Shown here one piece after another: positions 51,641 to 64,000 of a DNA stretch of 64,000 nucleotides (positions are counted from its first letter, which is position 1; every line of letters starts with the position of its first letter). A program made the position numbers and the translations under genes. Below the pieces are notes generated by a model that worked only from the letters and a program-made list of their open reading frames with translations, did not search any database and was not told where the DNA came from. The DNA is from Octopus vulgaris (lineage: Eukaryota): contig OX597818.1 in NCBI GenBank assembly GCA_951406725.2, positions 92,690,001 through 92,754,000 on the forward strand, in the 5' to 3' direction.

Positions 51641-54581
51641 AAAAACCTCCAGCATATTTCCTTCTTTTGAGCTAATCTTCATTAACAATAAGATAGACTA
51701 ATACTTTGAGAATAATCTAATACTATATGACTGAGTGAAGCAAACTTTTCTGCTTTCTATCCACAAAGCTGTTTCTGTACGCTTTCCATGGAGTCCAATT
51801 TCAAACTGTTCAAATTGCTGTTCTGCTTGTTAATTTTGCTACTTTTAAATAAACTAAGACTATAAGTAATGCAGCTTAGATCTAATGAAACATCTACTTA
51901 ATGTTATAAATAGTTGTTGCCAGCTACTTCTTAGTTGGCCACTGTAAGCATGTATTTTCTTTTAAACATCTACTTATTATATAGTCTTTCTCTATTAATA
52001 CATTTTGATATTCATAATACTAAAACTGTTAGAATGTTATCATTGTTGCTCAGCCCTGACAAAACGGACCAATGATCACTGTTCATTTCAGTTATGATCA
52101 TCCATTCTTTTTAAGGGGTCCTAGGACTTCATTATCAGATATGTCCTCTTTTTAAGATGAGGAGCACTCCGTCAGTTACGATGACGAGGGTCCTAGCTGA
52201 TACGATCAATGGAACAGCTTGCTCGTGAAATTAATGTGCAAGTGGCTGAGCAATCCACAGACACATGTACTCCTAACGTAGTTCTGAGGGAGATTCAGCA
52301 TGACACTGTAACAAGGCCGACCCTTTGAAATACAGGTACAACACATTTTTGCCACCTGAGTGGACTGGAGCAATGTGAAATAAAGTGTCTTGCTCAAGGA
52401 CACAACATGTTGCCAGGAATTGAACTCATGACCTTACAATTGTGAGCCAAATGCCCTAACCATTAAGCTACACACCTTCACTCTCTTTTTAAGATAAGGT
52501 GTGATTTGAGAGTGATTTTATTGCTATTTCTAGGAGGTGGAGTGACTACAGATAGGCTCCTTTATTGTGCTTGTATAGGGTTATATCTCTTGTTTAACAT
52601 TTTACTCATCACCATCATCATTTACTGTCTGGTTTTCATGCTGGCATGGTTTGGACTCTTTAGTACTTATAATGACTTTAACTTTTGGCACAAGGCTAGC
52701 AATTTTAGGAGGATCGAGTAACTCAATTGCACCAACCCCATTGCTCAAGTGGCACTTATTTTTTTTATCAGTCCTGAAAGGATGAAAGACAAAGTTGACC
52801 TCCATGGCATATGATCTTAGAAGAGAAAGAGCTGGAAAAAATGCATTTTGTCCAACATGCTAATGATTCTGCCTGCTCATTGCTTTCATAGGTATTTATA
52901 ATTGTAACGGTCTTAGCTATGTTGATATTCATATTGGTACAGGTATGGTTATGCGGTGAGAAGTTTGCTTCCTATTCACATGGTCTTGGTTTCAGTCCCA
53001 TTGAGTGACATCTTGGGAAAGTGTTTTCTGCTGTAGTCCCAGACTGACTAAAAGCCTTGTGAGTGAATTTGGTAGATATGGATCCTGGTTGAGAACCACT
53101 GCTGTAGACAAATGCCACTAACATACAAGCAGTGTTCTTCAATTTGGGTATTTTATGAAAACGTCTGGTCAAGGGGAAATTTTAACCTCGCTTGGAAGTA
53201 GGTAAGGGTTGACGACAGGAAGAGCATCTGGATGTAGAAAATCCACCTCAGAAAATTCTGTTCAACCCGTGCAAGCATGGAAAAGTGGATGTTATACAAT
53301 GATGCGGTTGTTGATTTATTAATATGAAACCAAGAAACAATATATCACAGAAAAGTCACTGGAAAACTTCAGTAAATTACTAAGTTAAGTGCTATGACAT
53401 TATAGAAAATTGTGTTACCATTGTATGTATGTCGTGTATTTTCAGTTCATTAACTTAAAAATATTATTAAATTAATACTATTAAAAATGTTACTTTTATG
53501 GGCATTTAAATGAAATGTAACATTTTTCTGTGACATTTTTCAAAGCCAGAATTTTTTTTCCCTTTTCCCCAAAAGACGCCAGCATGGCTGTGTGGTTAAG
53601 AAGCTTGTTTTGTCACAATCTGGTTTCAGGTTCAGTCCCACTGCATTGGCGAGTGTCTTCTACTATAGCCCTAAGTCATCCAATGTCTTGAGAGTGAATT
53701 TGGTAGACAGAAACTGTGCAAGCCCATTTTGTGTGTGTGTGTATAAATGATATGGAAAATGGATTTGGTACGAATCTTTATTCAATGCAACAATCGTTTT
53801 GACCTGTCCTGCAGTTGTCCCTTACAGGTAGGATATTGTGCATCTAGTTGCATTAATCAGTGCAGTCTGTATCTCCTCAGGTGTTTTGGTATAAAAGATA
53901 TCCTATTACATATACGGAGCTCTTCCAGGTATGATGTACTGTCATCATTTATAAACCAAACAAACACTGTAGAATTTCTGATGTAATTTCTGTGAAAATT
54001 ATACACCATAATTGTGGATGACATCAGGTAGCCCAAACAGTGAATGTACTTTAATCTGTATCCAAATAATTATATATTTGTATGTGTGTCTTTGTGTTTG
54101 TCCCCTCCTACCACTGCTTGACAACCGGTGTTAGTTTACTTGACTAAACTTTTGAAGTATGTACCTCAGCATGTCCACAGACTAATGGCTGAGACAAACA
54201 AAGGTTAAAAATAAATCAAAATTGTGGCTTTTCCCAAGGCCACTATATTTCTGTGCAGCATTTGTATAAAGTAGAACGGTCTGACTTTTAACCCTTCAAA
54301 CAAAGCCAGTTTTGACTAATTTAAACAAATAGGAGAGTGAGTCAGAAAGTAGTGCAGTTTTTATTTACATTATTTTTTCATTCACCTTTGTAATATTATC
54401 TTTGTGACAGATGGTTTTGGCCATTTAGAATGTATGGTTAAAGTCAAAACGTTTTCTTATAATGTATATATATATATATATATACCGGGAAGCTTTATGA
54501 AAATAAACAAAAGACGAAGGCAGGTGGAATACAAACAAACAATTGTATTAGTATGGCGCTCAGGAATATAAATAAAACAGG

Positions 54582-54619
54582 TCTTTTACGTTTCGAGCCT
54601 ACGCTCTTCAACAGAAAGA
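54582..54619 (-). ncRNA. Minimal hammerhead-like ribozyme with CUGUUGA core variant, in a Penelope-type terminal fragment (about 54485-54695) between (TA)n tracts
   Basis: TCTTT-CTGTTGA-A-GAGC-GTAG-GCTC-GAAA-CGTA-AAAGA: perfect stem I (5 bp), stem II (4 bp), palindromic ACGT stem III and GUA cleavage triplet. Confidence 0.7.
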
Positions 54620-54691
54620 TACACAGAAAAGAAACACAGAAAGAAACAAGGAGAGAAAAAAATGCGTGCAGAGGCTAGCGAATCAACATGG

Positions 54692-54732
<41 letters not shown>

Positions 54733-55039
54733 AATTAATAAATAAAATAAAACATATATACATACATATATGTACGTACCTACATCTACATGTATATATA
54801 CATGCATATATGGGTACAGGACACCAAAAAAACATCGAACACGATATATATATATTGTTGTATTTTGGAATGGTCATTTTCCCAGTTTAGCCAATAAATA
54901 TATAAACAATATATATATATATTAATTTTTATGATGTTAGGAAGGGCATCCAAATATAAAACTCTGCCAAAACAGACTTAAGTGCCTGGTGAAACCATTT
55001 GACCCATGCCAATATGGAAGGCAGATGTTAAACGATGAC

Positions 55040-55632
55040 AATGATTTATTTGTGTGTGTATGTATGTTTATGTATGTATGTAATTATTCAGTTTATTTCA
55101 AGATTTCTTGCCAATAGAGAAAGAACCAGTTTCTAACCTAGATCCAAGGCTCCTTTATTGAAATTTCACGTCAATAACAGGGTATTTTTGTTTGTTTGTT
55201 TGTATATATGTATGCATACACAGACTTGTATGTTTTATGTATGCATTCTCTTGCATATAGTTGCATATCTAGACATGCTCATATATATTTAAATGATAAA
55301 CTTCTGGAAAGTTGTACAAATATTTACAGTTCCAGTGATGGATTGGATTTGTAGTCTTCCAATTAGCTTTCTCCTTTCTGGTTTTGAGAAGCCTAATTTC
55401 TCAAGATTGGTATTTAGGCAGTGTGTTACATATACCAGGGCCTCAATAATTTCAGGTATAAATCTGAACTTCTAATCTGGTTAGAGTAACTGCAGATTTC
55501 TCAGTAGTTCAGCATAGGTGTTCTTTTTCACTGATCTTCAGCCTTATGTTAACATCCACTGGACAGCTAATTTCCACAACTGTGCACAGTTTCTCTTCTC
55601 TATCCCAAATCATTATATCAGATCTGTTGTAT
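55040..55632 (-). mobile_element. R4/Dong-like non-LTR retrotransposon 3' end with restriction-like endonuclease
   Basis: NRSDIMIWDREEKLCTVVEISCPVDVNIRLKISEK...YAELLRNL...FRFIPEIIEALVYV follows the RLE RPD...K..KY..L pattern; embedded in microsatellites. Confidence 0.8.
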
Positions 55633-55638
55633 TGTGTG

Positions 55639-55675
<37 letters not shown>

Positions 55676-55744
55676 ACAATTGTTGGCTTTATAAGGTGAG
55701 ATCTATAATATAGATATGATTTTCTCTGTACGTATTTTTTGTTT

Positions 55745-55775
<31 letters not shown>

Positions 55776-56118
55776 ATTCACGGCAGAGTAACATGATGTT
55801 ATCTGAAAACTTCTCAATAATTGACTACATACATTGAAGTGTGATGGCTGTGTAGGTGCAAGCATGGCTGTATTGTTAAGAAGCTCACTTTACAACTATG
55901 TGGCTTCAAGTTCAGTCCCACTTTGCATTATCTTGAGCAAATGCCTTTTACTACAGCCCGTCCTGTCACTAACCCTCACCTATTTTTCAAGTAAGGTCTT
56001 TTTCCTTTTACATATATTCATAGTGTGAAATGAGCAGATGATTTGTTGACAATTGAAATGACAACACCTAGTAGCCTGCAGCTTTCATAGAGTGCAAATG
56101 TAGACACAGACATACATG

Positions 56119-56155
<37 letters not shown>

Positions 56156-56157
<2 letters not shown>

Positions 56158-56654
56158 ATAAATCCTGAGTATAGTCCGCCCTTGAGTAGGAGATTTTTAG
56201 GAGGCTGTACCTCTGAAAAACCTAAACCTTGTGTATAATACGCACCCCTTCTCTAACTTGAGTCAAGGAGGTCTACACAACGTCCTTGGTTGATAAAACT
56301 GTATACGGTAACGTCCTTTATTATTATTGCATATGTAACAATGCAAACGTGTAGCATTTTTGTGCATTTTGTTTGCAGAAAATAAAGAAATAACAGTAAT
56401 AACGTTTAATAAATGTTGCTTACTGCAAGTTATGGATGATTCTTTTATGACTTCATTGCTTACAGGCTTAGTTTAAGGTATTTTCACGCCCGACATCACA
56501 AAATGCATCTGAAAAAACATTGCTGGACAGCAAATAGAGACTCAGACATTGCTTAGAAAATAATTTTCATTTTTAACCTCATAAGTAGTACGCACTAGGG
56601 ATTTTGACCTTCAAATTTTGGGGGAAAAATGCAGATTATACTCAAGGATTTATG

Positions 56655-56655
<1 letters not shown>
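56156..56655. mobile_element. pogo/Tc2-like MITE inserted in (TA)n
   Basis: TIRs ccataaatcctgagtata and tatactcaaggatttatgg. Confidence 0.7.
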
Positions 56656-56688
<33 letters not shown>

Positions 56689-58215
56689 TACTGAAACAGA
56701 GTTTGTCTCATAATCTGAATTTCAGGTCACTGTGATCTGCAGTTCTTGCCTGAAAATTTCAGTGGCATGGCATGTCACTCAAGTCACAAGACAAATTCAG
56801 TTTCAATAAAAACAGGAAAAATCATACCCTCTGCAACATGTATTGAGCACCCCTCTCTCATTCATCCAACATAATTCAACACACACACACAGTTTTTTTT
56901 ATTCAGTTCCTATGAACAACAGATTTCTACTCTGTACTGATTGAAATTGTTACACAATATTTTATTAGAGTGACAGTGGAAACTGCATTAAATAATACTT
57001 TTATTAAGCTTAATAACCATTACACAACAGTTAGTATGTCACTCTGGAAACAAGTGTTGCTGTGTTCATCAGATAAGCACTAAACTGTTCTAGTTCCACC
57101 AACACTGTTACTACCTCAGGAATCTATTACTATTTATACATAAGTTCATAAAGAAGCTTCCTCCTTCCTTTTTACCAAGACTTAGCTACTACTACACCAT
57201 TAAATATCAAGTAGTCAACTTATCAGAAATTTCAGTAGGTTTATATCTTCAGTTGTAATTGTCAGCAGGCCAACAACACCAGTCTTCAACCAATTTACAA
57301 CTGCCAAAACAATTACCGGTAGAATTTAGCTCAACAGCCATTCCTGACATCCTAATTCTGCTAATTCAACCTAATTAGTGTTGCTAAAGTACCTATCTTC
57401 TTTCATATTGATATCTAAACTCTTCTCCAACAACATGGCTGAACAAAAATAACCCAGAGGGCCTCTTATGATTATAGTAGGTTGAAAATTTTCAACACTG
57501 ATTGTCCAAACAGTCAGTAGATAAAACCTCCTAGGAATGTTTACAATCTAACAACATGCAAAATTTCTTTTGCTTGTTGTATATGCTGTGTTTTTCTACA
57601 TCTGAATGCCTTTCCTGTTGCAGACCCTTACCTGTTTCCAAATAAGGTAATATTTCCTCTCCATGTATGATGATGACATTGATTTACAACTATCATGTAA
57701 TGTCAAGGGAAGGAGACAATAAAACACACACATGCATATATACCATGGGCAGCTTTCAGTTTCTGCCTATCCACTCCACTCACAAGGTTATAGGTGAAGA
57801 CAGCTGCTCAAGATTCCACACTGAGAGACTAAACCTAGAACCATGTTCTTGAAAAGCAAAATTGTTACTACACAGCCACGCCTGAGCCTGTTCTTTTTGG
57901 AACCTTCTATACCTGCTGACAAAAATGGATTCATAACCTGCATCTATGACTTTTCCTGTTTTTTCTGTCCAAAGTGCACAAACCATATTGCTTAAACATA
58001 TTACTTAGACTTGATGTAACCCTTTAAGTTGGCTAATAAATCTATTGATATGTTCTATTAATGCAAGCATGGTTGTGCAGCTATGGAATTCAGTTCACAA
58101 CCACATGGTCTTAAGTTCAGTCCCACTGCTCAGCACCTTGGGCAAATGTCTTCTACTATGGCTCACAGTTGATCAATACCTGGATGGAAACAGAGTGGAA
58201 ATTCTTCGTGTGTGT

Positions 58216-58253
<38 letters not shown>

Positions 58254-59049
58254 TTTGCATCTATAACATTGTGTTTTATTTCACCACCACCACTACTGCT
58301 TGACAACCAGTGTTGGTTTGTTTGCATCCTTGTAAATTTGTGGTTTGGTAAAAGAGACTAATAGAATATGTACCAGACATATGTATTAGGAGACTAGCTG
58401 GCAGAAACATTAGCACGCCGGGCGAAATGCTTAGCGGTATTTCGTCTGCCATTACGTTCTGAGTTCAAATTCTACCGAGGTTGACTTTGCTTTTCATCCT
58501 TTCGGGGTCAATAAATTAATTACCAGTTACACACTGGGATCGATGTAATCAACTTAATCCCTTTGTGTGTCCTTGTTTGTCCCCTCTGTGTTTAGCCCCT
58601 TGTGGGCAATAAAGAAATAAGAATTTATACCAGACTTTCAAAATACATACTAGGGTTGGGTTTGTTCAAGTAAACCCTTACTGATGGTACCCCTGCATGG
58701 CTGCAGTTCAATGACTGAAACAAGTAAAATATAAAAATGTGATAAAAGACATCATACAACATGGAATTATCTATACTAATGAAGAAGTATCCCTCTAAAA
58801 TATTTTTGATATATCTAGGAAGTGACATAAGGGTTAGAATCACTTATGTTTTCATATTAACAGTTTGGATAGAAGATAACTAATAAATAATCCATCAATG
58901 TATAATCCTTAATTTTCCATTAGTGTTACTGCTTTATACCTTGGATAAGCATCTACTTCAGCCCCAGACCAACCAAAGCAGTGTTTGTTTGTGTGTGTCC
59001 TTGTTTTGATTACATGTGCTGTTTGTAAACAATTGTCGCCATAGTAAAA

Positions 59050-59505
59050 GCATTGTTGTTCCTTTCTTCTTCTTTCGGGGTGGGTTGTGCTGGCTTCATT
59101 CATCCTCAATGCTGCATCTCTCACAAATGCCAACCAGGCCTGGTGATTTGAGGCTAACAACCACATGATCTCCAACCACTCCCTATTCCAGTGGCAAACG
59201 CCGTAGACATGGGGGCCTAGGTTGGGTTCCAGATCAGCCTTGACTGTCATCAGCCAGGTTTTTCGTTGTCCACCACATTGCTTTCACCTACCCTGAAGGG
59301 GAGCTGGGGCAGTTGCTTCGTAGATGAATTCTCTTGGTTGACAACGGAAGGCATGACCCAGCCAACGTAGACGTCTCATTAGGATGACTTGTCGGAGGGA
59401 GGTGATTTTGCACTGGAGTCGCACCAAATTGTTGGAGACAAAGTGATACTATCGGACACGAAGGATGCAGTGTAGACAGAGGTGATCGAAGGATTCTAGT
59501 CACTT
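59050..59505 (-). mobile_element. RTE-like LINE ORF2 C-terminal fragment (different family)
   Basis: RRLRWLGHAF...KTWLMTVKADLEPNLGPHVYG...WLAFVRDA. Confidence 0.75.
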
Positions 59506-59779
59506 GATATCTTCATTTCTAGTCTCCCTTGAAAAACATGTCTGGCCATGGGGAAATATTACCTTGCTTGGAAACATCTGAGTGTTGGTAACTGGAAGGG
59601 CATCTGGCTATAGAAAATCTGCTTCAGTGAATTCTGTCTGATCCATGCAAGCATGGAACAGTGGACCTTAAAGTGATAATGATAATCCTTTCACCTATTG
59701 GTTCAAGCTTGAAATTTTGAGGGAGGGAGTAAGTCACTTATATTGACCCCTGTGCTCAAGTGGTACTTATTTTATAATA

Positions 59780-60255
59780 ATAAAAATAATAATGAGATTA
59801 TTGTATACAGTGCTCAGGTGCACCACAACTTGTCAAAAGTGCATATAAAGCATATGCAGTAATGTACAAATGTCTGGGAACAGTGTATGAGTCAGATACA
59901 TGCTTGCGTGTGTATGGAGGGGAGAAAATCAGGTGTAGTGTTGGCAAATCTCAGGAAGCATGGAACTTTTGAAGAGTGCAGTGCTCCGACAACTAACAAC
60001 TGATGCTGGCAGTTTGTTCCATGCTTCAGCAACTCTTAGCATGAAAAAATGTTTCCGAAAGTCATGGGAGCTGTGCTGTTTTCTGACTTTGTAAACATGT
60101 CCATGGGTGTTAGACAGATGGAGTTTGAAAAGGTGCTCAGAGTTATTGTTGGTAAGATGGTTAATAATTTTATGGGTGTCGGCCAAGTCAGCTGCCAGAC
60201 ATCAGAGTTCCAATATATCCATGCCCAGGGAAGTAAGGCATTCAGAATATGGCAA
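59780..60255 (-). mobile_element. CR1/L2-like LINE 3' fragment inserted into a SINE B copy
   Basis: ORF 59929-60186 is nearly the same as 802-1059. SINE B halves lie at about 59700-59775 and 60255-60370. Confidence 0.82.
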
Positions 60256-61105
60256 GGGAAAGGATAAAAGGCAAAATCACCCATAGCAGCATTTGAACTC
60301 CGAATGTAATGCTGGAAGAAACAGCACTAAGCATTTTGTCCAGCAAGCTAACAATTCTGCCAGCTCACGGCGATAAAAATGTCTGCTTTACAGAATGAGT
60401 ACATCTGCACCCAAATGAAAGCTATGTCCGTTTAAGTGATTCTCTGTCTGTCTCCCTCTTTCTCCCCTTACCTCTGTCTCTCTCTCTCTCTCCTAAATAT
60501 AAATTATCCACATCTTGCATTGCAGACCATAGTAGCAGCTGAGTCTTGAAGAAAAAGGGAAACGGAAGTGTCTTTATGAACTATGCATTTTTTTTAGTAA
60601 TTTCAGCTTGAGGTAGTAACATTGCGTGAAGTGTTGATAGAAATAGAGCAACCTAGTGCTGAATTTTTATAGACTTATCAATGCTAATTATAACCAGCAA
60701 TATCTTATATTGCAGAATAACTTCTTTTCTGTAATAGCCACACTATAAATATCTCACCAGTTTAATTAACCCTTCTGATACCAACCCACCTGAGGCTTTC
60801 TTCAGTTCCATGATACAAACCTTCCATTAAAATTTCATGTTAAAATTATGTTCTAAACACCAGCTTAATAATGACAAAATTGCCTAACTAAATTCTTTAT
60901 TATTTTTAAAATTAATTAAAACAAAGGCAGTGTATAGTATATAGGCGTAGGAGTGGCTGTGTGGTAAGTAGCTTGCTTATGAACTACATGGTTCCGTGTT
61001 CAGTCCCATTGCGTGGCACCTTGGGCAAGTGTCTTCCACTATAGCCTCGGGCCAACCAAAGCCTTGTGAGTGGATTTGGTAGACGGAAACTGAAAGAAGC
61101 CTGTC

Positions 61106-61155
<50 letters not shown>

Positions 61156-61468
61156 ATGTGTGTGTGAAGATGCATGGCTCAGTGGTTAGAGCATCAAGCT
61201 TACAATCGTGAGGTTGTGAGTTCGAATCCCGGACCAGGCTGCATGTTGTGTTCTTGTGCAAGAGACTTTATTTTACATTGCTCCAGTTCACTCAGCTGTA
61301 GAAATGAGTTGCAACATCACAGGTGCCAAGCTGTATCCAGTTTAACTGCCCCTGTGGCTCTGTTCACACTATACCACTGGTAACTCAGTGCCCGCAGGGA
61401 AAAAAAAAATGTGGGCGATATGAAAACTGGGTGGAGGGAGTAAACGGTTGTCACAAAATGTTTATGGA

Positions 61469-62004
61469 CTTTCTACTTTTCTAATTATGAGATCCTTTCT
61501 ATGTTTCTAATTATGAGATCCTTTCTACTTTTCTAATTATGAGATCCTTTCTACTTTTCTAATTAAGAGATCCTTTCTACTTTTCTAACTATGAGATCCT
61601 TTCTACTTTTCTAACTATGAGATCCTTTCTACTTTTCTAACTATGAGATCCTTTCTACTTTTCTAACTATGAGATCCTTTCTACTTTTCTAACTATGAGA
61701 TCCTTTCTACTTTTCTAACTATGAGATCCTTTCTACTTTTCTAACTATGAGATCCTTTCTACTTTTCTAACTATGAGATCCTTTCTACTTTTCTAACTAT
61801 GAGATCCTTTCTACTTTTCTAACTATGAGATCCTTTCTACTTTTCTAACTATGAGATCCTTTCTACTTTTCTAACTATGAGATCCTTTCTACTTTTCTAA
61901 CTATGAGATCCTTTCTACTTTTCTAACTATGAGATCCTTTCTACTTTTCTAACTATGAGATCCTTTCTACTTTTCTAACTATGAGATTCTTTCTACTTTT
62001 CTAA
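61469..62004. repeat. 26-bp minisatellite (ctttctacttttctaactatgagatc), about 20.6 copies
   Basis: Head-to-tail units with no spacers. Confidence 0.97.
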
Positions 62005-62090
62005 GCCAAATTTTTGATTTTTTTTCAGCAGAAATACATCTGATAATTAGCAATCAATTAAATGATTTTATTATTTTATTTTTTTTTTAG

Positions 62091-62134
62091 GTTTCTTCCC
62101 TGAAAGCAAGAAATTTAACTCTGCAAGATGTCTG
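62091..62134 (+). CDS. 44-nt exon, probably 5' UTR plus start codon (AAG ATG TCT G, ATG at 62128); product unknown
   Basis: Strong T-rich acceptor ttttttttag and TG|gtatgt donor at 62135. Two reading frames are also open throughout, so an internal coding exon cannot be excluded. Confidence 0.55.
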
Positions 62135-63580
62135 GTATGTTGAAATTACATTCCTTGATTACATTATGAGAATTTATTTATTTATTTACGAGAAACTTTG
62201 AGAGATATGAAATAAATAACTGTAATGGTGAGATTTGAAGTAGATAAAGTTAGGGGTTTTCAACCCAATATTCTGCATGCTATTACTTATTGCTTTATCT
62301 ACTCTGAGTTCCCCTGTTAAAATGATTTATTACATTCATTGATTTTATTGCTAAGAAATAGTTAGTTTCTTGGCAGCAAGGCTGATTCATTATGACAGTA
62401 AAATTATTCCAAATTTTTGTGTCTATATTTTTAACAAGCAAAACACCCCTCGTCCAATGGATGGTGCTGAGTTGTCAAACATTTAAACCAAATTTTCTCA
62501 AAACAACTTGTCCACCCGCCCCATAGGCATCCCCTTTGAGAAACACTGATTTAACCTAAATTTGAGAAACCAGCAAAAGAAGAAATAAAGATAGAATTTT
62601 TTTCTATTCCAAAGAAAAACGATTTTATTCACACAGGTATGCAGCCGATGAGTTTAAAGTACCAGTAATGCTAAGGCTGTTGACTGGGAGAGCACAAACA
62701 TGACTTAAACAGTAAGCTTGGCAGGAAAGAAACGTGCCTTTAAGCAGTACAAAAACAACAAAAAATGGAAGGTGCAGTTATGTACAGGTTGACAGAAGAA
62801 AAGCACGTTCCCATGGTTTTATCGATCGCATTCTCACCTGGAATCGATTTTTGTAATTTTTTCAAGGCTTATACACGCCCTGATACCGTCGGTATCTACA
62901 TATCAAATTTGAGCGCAATTGGATGGATGTCCAAGATCCTAGAAGACACACACACACAGACAGAACGGATTTTACATATTAGATAAATGTTCTCTGCTAT
63001 TGTGGTTCAATTTCCAAGAATTTGACAGTTTTGTAAAATAACTATAACTGTTTTTTAAAACATTGTTGATGCATGCTCGCATGCGCAAGCACACACACAC
63101 ACACACACTCACACAGTGAAATGCAACTCTAGAACTTCTCCATACACACTTTATAGATGTCACCCTATTGAAGTTCAACTTGAACTTCAACAATCTCAAC
63201 CAGATTAATCTGAGAAGGCTTACAAAGCTTAACACTGACCTGCCATTACTGCTTTCTATTTTCACAAATGTAATTATAGAAAATAACTATAAATAGGCAT
63301 TTTGTAAAGCTACTTCAAATCATGACCATTTTGATACCAACCTGCCTGAGCCCATCCAGGTTCTTGAATACAAACTTCCAGTTTTAAAGTGATCGAAATC
63401 AAAACCTTCCATCATAATTTCATGTTAATTTGTCCTAAAGATTAATAATGACATTTTTACTGAATTCTTTATTATTTTTTTAATTAATGGAAACAAAGCA
63501 AGGATACATTAAACAATGTAATTATGGTTGTATACAAAGATGAGATGTTCACATTGAAGATACTTATGATTATTGCTTTA

Positions 63581-63982
63581 CTAGCAGTGTAGCCCAGCAT
63601 TGCTCGGATTTGTTTTCTTTTCAACTCTTTAGAATTGGAATTTTTGAAAAGTAAAAATTTTGCTATATATAGCTTGTTATTCTCTTTAAGTGAACATTTT
63701 TCTGGTTGAAATACACCAAAAAATGGTGATACAGCAGTCAAAAAATCGTAAAAAATAAGGATTTTCATAGATAAAAGGCACCTTTTTGATGTAAATAATT
63801 TTTGGTGTTAACATGGTCCGATTTGAATTTTTTCTTTTGCAGAATGAAGAGCAAGCCTTCTTCTATCATACTCTTAAGTTTGGTCAACTTGCGCTGTAGG
63901 GTCTTGGAGGAGATAGTGTTAGTTGAAGGTTACCAAACCTGCCACACACGCACACAGACAACTTCAGCTTTATATATATAGA
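63581..63982 (-). mobile_element. Non-autonomous Helitron
   Basis: The minus strand starts TCtatatatataaagc, has a gtctgtgtg tract, and ends with a decayed hairpin ccgagcaatgctggg plus CTAG followed by T. A similar 5' end lies near 62984. Confidence 0.75.
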
Positions 63983-64000
63983 CTGACATGGGGTTAAACA

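Noticed and set aside
61469-62004. CRISPR-like array
   Set aside because: Units are contiguous with no unique spacers, no cas genes are present, and the context is eukaryotic.

Overview
Eukaryotic, AT-rich, repeat-saturated DNA. The SINE, RTE, Penelope and microsatellite content points to a coleoid cephalopod, probably Octopus (inference from recognition, no search run). Nearly all ORF-track entries are artefacts of microsatellites, SINEs or decayed transposons. Host content I can support: (1) the last three coding exons (1277-1381, 5682-5972, 8874-8983; + strand; phase-1 junctions) of a gene whose spliced product resembles an inter-alpha-trypsin inhibitor heavy chain C-terminal domain; (2) a tRNA-Leu(TAA), possibly decaying, at 23399-23481 (-); (3) a probable second + strand gene with a CpG-rich promoter-like zone at about 31.4-34.6 kb, a donor at 31796 and a 44-nt exon at 62091-62134 with a candidate ATG. 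The rest is at least four tRNA-derived SINE families, RTE, CR1-like, R4/Dong-like and Penelope retroelements, mariner/maT, hAT, piggyBac-like and pogo-like elements, Helitron/Helentron remnants and tandem repeats. The most interesting signal is a Penelope terminal module combining a tRNA-like Pol III head with a minimal hammerhead ribozyme. It occurs attached to a GIY-YIG ORF (45.4-46.2 kb) and as a free SINE-like copy (9.4-9.8 kb). An unrelated, fully paired core-variant hammerhead lies at 54582-54619. No CRISPR or prokaryotic system is present. Repeat boundaries are approximate and family names come from motif recognition.
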